Below the pieces are notes generated by a model. That model searched no databases, was not told the DNA's origin, and was given only the letters and a program-made list of their open reading frames with translations. From Botryllus schlosseri (taxonomy: Eukaryota), in NCBI GenBank assembly GCA_051294905.1, contig CM119373.1, forward strand, positions 4,156,001 through 4,220,000: a stretch of DNA of 64,000 nucleotides, in the 5' to 3' direction. Both the position numbers and the translations under genes were made by a program. Position 1 is the first letter of the stretch; each line of letters opens with the position of its first letter. Shown one piece after another: positions 49,830 to 61,265 of the stretch.

Positions 49830-50824
49830 CAGGGCCGTAACTGCCGCACCCCAAGCCCCCCAATTGGGGGGACCCGAGCTCGAAGGGGGCCCAAAAATAT
49901 TTCGTGAATTCGCACAAATTATAGAGTATTTTTTGAAAATTTAAGCAACTTTATCAAAATTTTTTCGCGCTGCGCGCGATTTCAAGTTGCCAAGTATCTT
50001 GAATATTGGTTGCTCTTCCCACAAGAAAAAATACGCAAGATTTATAGAAATGGGCATAGCAGCGTTGGCCATTACCTCGCCACGACGCACCAAGACATAT
50101 AAAGTTTTAGGTCATGTAACATGCGACTGCAAAAAGTGTGCCAGAACGATCGGCAGCGGCCGAAAATTATGCTGACCGAAAACTTCGTTATATATACAAA
50201 ACACATGGGGGTTTAATAGTCCATTGGCATCTAAATGACTGGCACCTAAATGTTCCTGTCTTGGCAATCTGAACCTCACAAGACAAATGCCACCCCGCAG
50301 GGAAAAATTATATGCCAGTGAAGAAATACCTATTTGAAATCGTGTGATCTTTTAGTTTAGTACGTTTGGGCGATTGTATATTTTTGATATAACAGACAGG
50401 AGGTCACGAAATAACATCATGTAACGAAGTCATAGCAATGGGTTCACCTGCCCGAAGATGTTTAATTATTATTTACGGGCTCTACATTTTCCAAGACAAC
50501 ACGTGACTCAGCTCTACCGGAAAATCTGATTACGTGAGCAACTGAGCATAGAGGACAAGAAATTGATAGCAATATATATGCTCCCGATCTTATTGAACGA
50601 TTTTATCATGAATTATAAAAATTTTTCGCGCTTTGCGCGTTTACGCGCTAAAAACTGACTCAAGAAAGTGACACCCAATATACGCTGTAAGCAGTGGTAA
50701 ACAACGGACAGGGTGAGGGGGGTCTGTGGGGCGAAGCCCCCCCAGAAGTTAGGTTTATCAATTTATGGGGGGCCCAGGACCAACGTTTTTGGGGAGGGCC
50801 TGACGAAGTGCTGTTATGGCCCTG
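49830..50824. mobile_element. hAT-type MITE with GGGCCC subterminal motifs
   Basis: CAGGGCCGTAAC / GTTATGGCCCTG; perfect TSD GGTATGAC. Confidence 0.85.
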
Positions 50825-51938
50825 GGTATGACATGGCATGGAATGGGGAATTTCCATACTCCCAACCCGCCCAAATCGTTCCATATCATACTTCACGATT
50901 TTCCATATCTTAGCAACATTCTCCCATTCTATATTTGATACTTTTTCCATACTTTCGAAACTTTCCCAACCTCTCAAGCGATATTCTATTTCTGATGCAT
51001 GGAAATGTTCCGGCGTTAATATTATAATTAATTAGGATGAAATGATCCATTTAAACAGCCGTGATGCGCCATCTCCAGTTATTTTGTATCATATGTGGTC
51101 AGCGATGCAGGTTGTCTTATCACGGAGGACAGAACGTAAATTATAGATAGCATACACAATGGATTATTTGAAAATCGCAACAGAATCTCATGAAATGTAG
51201 GTCTAGTGTAGTAACATTTTTCTAGCAGTAGCATCATCTACATAATACATAAAACAAAGGTATTTTAAAGTTAGAAGAGTTGCTCCCAATCTTTTTTTCT
51301 TCATTCACCACAGCCTGAAATCTTTATTTCTAACCTATAAAATTGCTCCCCCATTAAAATTTTGGAAGAAGTAGCTTTGTCAAGACTTGCTATTGGCGAC
51401 AGTTAAGACCCTCATACTTGAACAGCAAGTAATACAATTAATGAGCACGGAACTACTAACCAACCGTTCATGCAGTGTTGCGCCCCCGTAAAATGTATTA
51501 ATTAAGCCGACAGAAAATAGGAAGGACTTTAAATGTTTTGAAATGCAGCGAGGTAGCATCAGTTTACATGGTTAAATGCCGAATATTATCTTATTGTAAC
51601 GAACCAGGAGATACTCAATCACACCATTTCGCACACAAATGAATAGTAACCTATATTCGAAAGATCGAGCACCGCTGTCCAGTCGATTCTCCCAAATGGA
51701 GATTCTGATAATACGTAATGGTGAATTGCAAATGAGCTGAGAAATATTAGAGATGCCATTGGCATTTCATAAAGACATTTAATAGATGAGGTTAGCAATA
51801 TGAAGAATTTATTTTTGAATGTGTCTATTCCCAACCAGAAACCCCTAAATTCCCCAGCGGTGGAAACCACTGCATTGGAATGTATCTTAGCATATAATTT
51901 CACATCGTTACAATCATTTTGCGACATCGGATCTCATG

Positions 51939-52105
51939 AGTAGTGAGGTTTGGTCAAATATACGCAGACCAATCCCAGAAGGCCACGTCGCCTTAATTGC
52001 CACGCCTACATTGCCACATCATCCGCCCATTGCCGCACCTATAGCACGCCTATTGCCACATCATCCACCCATTGCTATATCATCGCTGCATTGATTTCCG
52101 CATCT
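51939..52105 (+). mobile_element. Terminus (TIR) of a second Polinton-related element; the other end is not in the window
   Basis: Starts AGTAGTG; 51982-52043 is identical to 22854-22915, at the same +43 offset from the terminus. Confidence 0.85.
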
Positions 52106-54976
52106 TGATACTTTTCTCAGATATTGTATTATGTGTATTTAGGACTAATATCATCCGTCCATATTTTTTAAACTTGATTTTATGTGTACAAGTTACGGTT
52201 TCTGCAGTTTCCACATTTTACGACTTAAGATTGCTGCGTCAAAACTTACCTTGGCTAGAATCGACAGATTTTCTATTATGTGTATTTAGGACTATGTATT
52301 TAAATTCCTATTCAGATTATACATAAATGCGAAAACTATGATGTCTATGTAAGGTTATATTCTCCGGATAATATTATTAATATCAAAATTCTACACATCA
52401 TCACTAATTACTTAATATAAAATGTGATTTTGAGCGCTGCGACTTGATAATATGAACCCCTACGCTTCTGATGCATGATTTTTTGTGATAAGGACCTAGG
52501 TAACATTCAGAGTCTGCAACGATTGTTTGGATATACATTATAGCAATACCCCACTAAACTATAGGCGGTTATATTACTCTATTGCTCAGAGATAACTCAT
52601 CCGTCCATATTTTTAAACTTGATTTTATGTATACAAGTTACTGTCTCTGCAGCCTCCACATTTTACGACTTATTTTCATTAGACGCAGGCAAGCGATTCT
52701 CCAGTTCGGAGCTACGGAAACAAATCACTCGCATGTGCGCGTTCCGAATAGTCTTGTAGAATTTTCTAAAGTCGTAACAGCTTAGTAGCATATACGCGAA
52801 TCCCAAGGTGAAAATAATCGAATGAACTATAGCCGTAGGCGTGCGATTCGCAGGGCTTTATTTATACAAACTCTATCGATGCCTGTACGCGAACCCCAGC
52901 GTTAAAACGATTAGGTCTAATTAACACGTTCCGAAGCCGAAAATTTAGTCAACATCATTGAGATAGCCATGATTTGAAGATGGTGATCGAGTGTGACAAT
53001 AGCACTCGCCAAGGTTAGACAAACATAACCTTAAACTACTCTCTACTTCACAAAATATAAAGTTATAAAAGTAAGCAGATTTTGTCGATATTGCTTTGTG
53101 ATGATTTTGATGTTGTTCCATACCGATTGGGAAGATAGGACTCCTAATTCCTTAACTAACTACATAATCCCTAGTAACGTAGTCAGACGCATAACGGAAT
53201 TTACGCAAATCGATATTGCTCTGCGATAATTTTGACCACTATGTTTTGATAATAACTTGCTTCCGAGAAATAGATAACATTCATTATACGTTAGATGATA
53301 CTTTTCCTTTATATTCTATTATGTGTATTTAGGGCTAATGCGACATCACTATGTTGGCGACAGACCTGATTTGAACACGCTAATTTTGCAAATTAAACTT
53401 ATCACCCAACACGAACACTCAATGAAGAGCACCCCGGAGCACCCACATAAATGCTCCACAATTTGTGACGTATAATATACTGAGCATATAATAAGCTGAC
53501 AAAACTGATACTTGAGTACTCCGAAATGTACAAGTACTTTACCTTTACACGACGTTTTTGTAAAATGAATACTAATGGTACGCGAATGATCATAGACTAA
53601 GCTTGCTTTCAGAGTTGGAAACTAAATGCATATGAAAATTTAACTATGTTTTCCCCTCACGCATCAGATGTAGGCCTACTCAAGTGTTTATGAGGCGGCG
53701 AATAGTTCGAAGGTTGTTGGTATGCAAGGACGTCACATAGAATTGTGGAGTTTTCTGTAAACTATATTCCAGTGATCTATTTTCAATCACTATACTTTTA
53801 TTAATCTAAACTAAGTACTGTTAGTAGGCAAATCCTAGAAAAGTATCCTCTGATAAAAGCAGGAGTAATTCGTTATCTCTGAAATAAATAGATAGCGCGC
53901 CATATGAGCGGTGTTACGATGACTGACAAATACTTTGAATTAATGCATAGAAGTAGCGATTTCGAACTACGTAAAAAGTTAGTCGAGCTCACGCATTTTC
54001 CATTAAGTTTCGAAGATGCGTTTTATAATTGCTCTAGGTGTGAAATAGACATCGCACTCCTGCGGGGAAACAACATGAATTCAGTCTTCACACCGCAGAA
54101 ACACAGCCGCTTGGTTAACATCACAAACCGCAATTGAACTCAAGATTGCCATACATGGAATCGCTGTTAACGATGTCTGACTGCGGCGTTTCGACGAGTA
54201 ACGAATTCTCGTATTTAGTATTGATTGTGACACATAGTCAAAACAGCGACAGTTTTCACAACCCGGTACATACATTGAACCAACTGATGTAAGGTGAAAC
54301 ATTACGTTCGCAGCAAAAAAAAAAAAGTTTGCAGGGTATGACCACCACCAACATATAGAGTAGTGAGTGAGTAATTAAACTACATACCCTGATTTTACTA
54401 TATTCCGAGATCCGGATCACGATTCAAGTCTACCTGAGAATCCGAACTACCCTGTGAAGTTGATATATCAAGTTGTGAACCGTGAAAGGGTTGTAATCTC
54501 GGTGAAATAGTGTGCGACACATTTTTCCATAAGTCGAATGCATGTCGGTTCATACTAAGACCATTAGGAATTTGCACAATGACAGGTTATTGAAACCGAT
54601 GCCAAAACTCAGTATAATAGACTGATATTGACCGCGTGTATGTTTGACATATATGCAGCATCTTGGATCGGCGGTGGAGCACTGAATGGCACTGCAGAAG
54701 TCATCTACTCTCCTAAGCTTGGACTGATCTGGGCTATTGCGCCACTGTGTTACGGGTTTAGTGTTCAAGTACTTTATCTTTACACGACGTTTTTTGTAAA
54801 ATGAATACTAATTTTATTGAAAAAATAAAAAATAAAAAAGAGCGAAAAATTACATTATATCCCGGAACGCAACAAGAAAAATCGTATGAATTTGTAAACT
54901 ACTTGTTCATGACATAATAATAATTCTACGTATACTTTTTCACATTTTATAACACTTTAAGTAATACTTAACAGTT

Positions 54977-57900
54977 TCAGTTTTAAATAAAATACGGAAT
55001 ATAAACTAATCGAAAAATTCGGTAACCAATTTCGCGTAGGCTATGCATGCATACAAATGAGGAAAGTTACATCAACGCGTGTTAAAGTAGCTGTATCGAG
55101 TTATCGAATGATTTTCTCCTTACATCAAAACAACTAGAATGTATAACTAAATTAAAAAACGTATCTAAATGAGCTCCAGGGCATTGTGATTATGCTGCAT
55201 ACCAAATTTCATCACACATTTCATGATGGAACAACTTTAAAACTAACGCAGTTCTATAGCAACTTTTGCCTAAATCTGTTTTCGGTAGCGTGTACATATA
55301 CATAGTCAGATTTAATAACAGAATTATCATGCTAATATGTGACTCCTCACCTTGAAACTTGGTACGTAGTTGTAGGACATTGTGATTATGCAGCATACCA
55401 AATTTCCTCACGCATTTCATAATGGAACAACTTTAAAACTAACGCGGTTCTACATCGACTTTTTGCGTACATCTGTTTTGCGTGGGGGGCGTATAGCACG
55501 TACCTATACATAGTCAACTTTAACAACGGAATTACCATGCTTAACATTGAATCCCAACTCGAAACTTGATACGTAGTTGTAGGACATTATGGTAATGCAC
55601 CATGCTAAATTTCATCACACATCTAATGATGGAACACCTTTAAAACTAACGCAGTCGAATACCGACTTTTACGCATATCTGTTTTGCGTGAACATAGCAT
55701 ATACCTATACATAGTCAATTTTAATAGCAGAATTACCGTGTTAAACATTGAATTCCCACCTTGAAAGTGGGTACGCGGTTATAGGAGATTATAACAATGC
55801 ACCATACCAAATCCCATCACACATTTCATGATGGAACAACTTTAAAACTAACGCGGCTCTACATCGACTTTTTGCGTACATCTGTTTTGTGGGAGCGTAT
55901 AGCACGTAGCCTACCCATACATAGCCAACTTTAATAACGGAATTACCATGCTTAACATTGAATCCCAACTCGAAACTTGATACGTAGTTATAGAACATTA
56001 TGGCAATTCACCATGCTAAATTTCATCACACATCTAATGATGGAACACCTTTGAAACTATCGCAGTCGAATACCAACTTTTACGCATATCTGTTTTCCGT
56101 GAACATAGCATATACCCATACATAGTCAATTTTAATAACAGAATTAGCATGCTAAACATTAAATTCTCACCTTGAACGTTGAAACGCGGTTGTGGGACAT
56201 AATAACAATGCACCATACCAAATTTCGTCAGACATTTCATGATGTAACACCTTTAAAACCAACGCAGTTCTATACAGACTTTTGGCTAAATCTGTTTTTC
56301 CGTAGCGTAGCACGTACCTATACATAGTCAACTTTAATAACGGATTTAGCATGTTAATAATCGACTTAGTTTTAAATAAAATACGGAATATAAACTAATC
56401 GAAAAATTCGGTAACCAATTTCGCGTAGGCTATGCATGCATACAAATGAGGAAAGTTACATCAACGCGTGTTAAAGTAGCTGTATCGAGTTATCGAATGA
56501 TTTTCTCCTTACATCAAAACAACTAGAATGTATAACTAAATTAAAAAACGTATCTAAATGAGCTCCAGGGCATTGTGATTATGCTGCATGCCAAATTTCA
56601 TCACACATTTCATGATGGAACAACTTTAAAACTAACGCAGTTCTATAGCAACTTTTGCCTAAATCTGTTTTCGGTAGCGTGTACATATACATAGTCAGAT
56701 TTAATAACAGAATTATCATGCTAATATGTGACTCCTCACCTTGAAACTTGGTACGTAGTTGTAGGACATTGTGATTATGCAGCATACCAAATTTCTTCAC
56801 GCATTTCATAATGGAACAACTTTAAAACTAACGCGGTTCTACATCGACTTTTTGCGTACATCTGTTTTGCGTGGGGGCGTATAGCACGTACCTATACATA
56901 GTCAACTTTAACAACGGAATTACCATGCTTAACATTGAATCCCAACTCGAAACTTGATACGTAGTTGTAGGACATTCTGGCAATGCACCATGCTAAATTT
57001 CATCACACATCTAATGATGGAACACCTTTAAAACTAACGCAGTCGAATACCGACTTTTACGCATATCTGTTTTGCGTGAACATAGCATATACCTATACAT
57101 AGTCAATTTTAATAGCAGAATTACCGTGTTAAACATTGAATTCCCACCTTGAAAGTTGGTACGCGGTTATAGGAGATTATAACAATGCACCATACCAAAT
57201 CCCATCACACATTTCATGATGGAACAACTTTATAACTAACGCGGCTCTACATCGACTTTTTGCGTACATCTGTTTTGTGGGAGCGTATAGCACGTAGCCT
57301 ACCCATACATAACCATCTTTAATAACGGAATTACCATGCTTAACATTGAATCCCAACTCGATACTTGATACGTAGTTATAGGACATTATGGCAATTCACC
57401 ATGCTAAATTTCATCACACATCTAATGATGGAACACCTTTGAAACTATCGCAGTCGAATACCAACTTTTACGCATATCTGTTTTTCGTGAACATAGCATA
57501 TACCCATACATAGTCAATTTTAATAACAGAATTAGCATGCTAAACATTAAATTCTCACCTTGAACGTTGATACGTGGTTGTAGGACATAATAACAATGCA
57601 CCATACCAAATTTCATCAGACATTTCATGATGTAACACCTTTAAAACCAACGCAGTTCTATACAGACTTTTGGCTAAATCTGTTTTTCCGTAGCGTAGCA
57701 CGTACCTATACATAGTCAACTTTAATAACGGATTTAGCATGTTAATAATCGACTCCCCACCTTGAAACTCGGTACGCAGTTGTAAGACATTATGACAATG
57801 CACCATGTCAAATTTTGTTACGCATTTCATGATTGAACAACTTTAAAACTAACGCAGTTCCATACCGACTTTTGCGAGTGCGTAGCACGTACCTATAAGC

Positions 57901-58130
57901 ATACTCAACTTTCATAGCGGAATTACCGAGCTAAACATTGAATGCGCAACTTGAAGATTGGTTCACAGGTGTAGGGCAGTATGACAATGGAACACATCAA
58001 ATTTCATCACACATTTCATGATGGAACACCTTTAAAACTAACGCAGTTCTATACCAACTTCGCGTGAATCTGTTTGCGGGAGCGTAGCACGTACCTATGC
58101 GTGATCAACTTTAGTGATGGAATTACATAT
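54977..58130. repeat. Satellite of ~200-bp diverged monomers with a ~1389-bp higher-order unit
   Basis: The AAATTTCATCACACAT-like anchor recurs at 55204, 55400, 55607, 55809, 56018, 56220...; near-identical blocks are offset by 1388-1389 bp (ORFs 55190/56579, 56034/57422). Confidence 0.93.
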
Positions 58131-61100
58131 GTAATTAAGTTTCAACACTTTTACAATGATTCGTCTTGCTTCCTATAACACCCCACTCGAGAAAATGCGT
58201 CGTAGGATATAGATGAAACTAGCACCACTCATCAAGACCGCTGAAAACAGTACATTTCAACATTTAGTAGCAGTAAATTTCTAGTAAAGTACAAGACGTG
58301 ATGATTTCCGAGTGAGTTAAAAAGTAAGTATTGCAGGTATAGTTTACCTGAAAACCGAATACTCTGAAATAGAAGTAGATGCAGTGTAAATAGTTAATCA
58401 CTTGATTAAGTTTAGTGCAAGCAGATAAAACCTATACTTGAGTAGTACAAAATGCACGAGTACTTCGCTATCGCCTCCCTCCACGTAATAAGTGTCTACG
58501 GTTTAAGACTGCTTTTACCGATACTCGTCGGTTTCAGTTTTAGATAGAATTCGGAAACCAAATAATTTCATAAACATAAGCTAATTTAATGAATTTACTC
58601 GAATGTACTATGCCGCGCTGATAAGATTAATTATAATATACTTATCATGTTACAGCGATTTTTCTAGCGTAGAAATCTTTAAAATGTAGTAAGCAGACCA
58701 AATGAAGATATTCGTTGAGCTGAATAAACATAAAAAATACTCTAGACTACTTTATCGGTACTTTACAGTTACAGTTTTAGATAAAATTTGTCCCTTTCAC
58801 CTATAATTACAACTCCTCGCTATCTAAACATGTTTAGAATATATTATTTGCGATGATACGAACCCGTGAAGTACTCAAGTTGCTTTTCGTAGGATATAGA
58901 TGAAACTGACAACACTCACCAAGACCAGTGATCCACTGAAAAAAGTACATTGTAGCAGTAAAGTCCTACTAAAGTACAAGAAGTAATGATATCCCAGTTA
59001 GTTAAAAAGTAAGTATTGAGGTATAGTTTGCTCGAAAAAGCGAAAAACTCTGAAATAGAAGTAGATGCAGTGTAAATAGGTAATCACTTCATTAAGTATA
59101 GCGCAAGCAGGCCAAACCTATACTTAAGTACTGCAAATGTACAAGTACTTCGCTATGTTCTCCCTCCACGTAAAAAGTGACTAGGTTTTAGAGTACTTTA
59201 TCGGTACTCGACAGTTTCAGTGTTAGATAAAATTTGGTAAGACTTTAAATTTTAAAGTAGTTTGAGCTTACGTTTGTATCACCCTGACAAGTAACATTAT
59301 CAGACATGAAAATGATACTATCACCGAATATAGAAGTTAACACGCGTCAATGTGCTTCGGAATTCACGAGAAATTGCTTACTAAGAGAAGTATATTGTTG
59401 TATACACAATAGTGGAGAGAATATTTAAAATGTAGTAAGCAGGCCGATGGGTATTCGTTTAGTTGTATAGACATAAAAAACATTCCCGCGCGCGTCTTAG
59501 TATTAGGTGGTAGGGTTAGGAAGTGTTTTGTTTAAGAGCGCGCGGGAATGTTTTTTATGTCTATACAACTAAACGAATACCCATCGGCCTGCTTACTACA
59601 TTTTAAATATTCTCTCCACTATTGTGTATACAACAATATACTTCTCTTAGTAAGCAATTTCTCGTGAATTCCGAAGCACATTGACGCGTGTTAACTTCTA
59701 TATTCGGTGATAGTATCATTTTCATGTCTGATAATGTTACTTGTCAGGGTGATACAAACGTAAGCTCAAACTACTTTAAAATTTAAAGTCTTACCAAATT
59801 TTATCTAACACTGAAACTGTCGAGTACCGATAAAGTACTCTAAAACCTAGTCACTTTTTACGTGGAGGGAGAACATAGCGAAGTACTTGTACATTTGCAG
59901 TACTTAAGTATAGGTTTGGCCTGCTTGCGCTATACTTAATGAAGTGATTACCTATTTACACTGCATCTACTTCTATTTCAGAGTTTTTCGCTTTTTCGAG
60001 CAAACTATACCTCAATACTTACTTTTTAACTAACTGGGATATCATTACTTCTTGTACTTTAGTAGGACTTTACTGCTACAATGTACTTTTTTCAGTGGAT
60101 CACTGGTCTTGGTGAGTGTTGTCAGTTTCATCTATATCCTACGAAAAGCAACTTGAGTACTTCACGGGTTCGTATCATCGCAAATAATATATTCTAAACA
60201 TGTTTAGATAGCGAGGAGTTGTAATTATAGGTGAAAGGGACAAATTTTATCTAAAACTGTAACTGTAAAGTACCGATAAAGTAGTCTAGAGTATTTTTTA
60301 TGTTTATTCAGCTCAACGAATATCTTCATTTGGTCTGCTTACTACATTTTAAAGATTTCTACGCTAGAAAAATCGCTGTAACATGATAAGTATATTATAA
60401 TTAATCTTATCAGCGCGGCATAGTACATTCGAGTAAATTCATTAAATTAGCTTATGTTTATGAAATTATTTGGTTTCCGAATTCTATCTAAAACTGAAAC
60501 CGACGAGTATCGGTAAAAGCAGTCTTAAACCGTAGACACTTATTACGTGGAGGGAGGCGATAGCGAAGTACTCGTGCATTTTGTACTACTCAAGTATAGG
60601 TTTTATCTGCTTGCACTAAACTTAATCAAGTGATTAACTATTTACACTGCATCTACTTCTATTTCAGAGTATTCGGTTTTCAGGTAAACTATACCTGCAA
60701 TACTTACTTTTTAACTCACTCGGAAATCATCACGTCTTGTACTTTACTAGAAATTTACTGCTACTAAATGTTGAAATGTACTGTTTTCAGCGGTCTTGAT
60801 GAGTGGTGCTAGTTTCATCTATATCCTACGACGCATTTTCTCGAGTGGGGTGTTATAGGAAGCAAGACGAATCATTGTAAAAGTGTTGAAACTTAATTAC
60901 ATATGTAATTCCATCACTAAAGTTGATCACGCATAGGTACGTGCTACGCTCCCGCAAACAGATTCACGCGAAGTTGGTATAGAACTGCGTTAGTTTTAAA
61001 GGTGTTCCATCATGAAATGTGTGATGAAATTTGATGTGTTCCATTGTCATACTGCCCTACACCTGTGAACCAATCTTCAAGTTGCGCATTCAATGTTTAG

Positions 61101-61165
61101 CTCGGTAATTCCGCTATGAAAGTTGAGTATGCATATAGGTACGTGCTACGCACTCGCAAAAGTCG
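57866..61165. repeat. Near-perfect palindrome: arms 57866-59493 and 59538-61165, truncated by the gap
   Basis: Paired coordinates sum to 119031 at both the tip and the distal end (no net indel); one mismatch noticed near the distal end. Confidence 0.95.
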
Positions 61166-61265
61166 NNNNNNNNNNNNNNNNNNNNNNNNNNNNNNNNNNN
61201 NNNNNNNNNNNNNNNNNNNNNNNNNNNNNNNNNNNNNNNNNNNNNNNNNNNNNNNNNNNNNNNNN
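61166..61265. other. Assembly gap (~100 N)
   Basis: Run of N. Confidence 0.99.

Noticed and set aside
49426..49944. 172-aa ORF
   Set aside because: Runs across MITE fragments and the antisense of the tRNA; no protein signal.
53904..54302. Short ORFs in the second element as viral gene remnants
   Set aside because: No recognisable motif; cannot be supported without a search.
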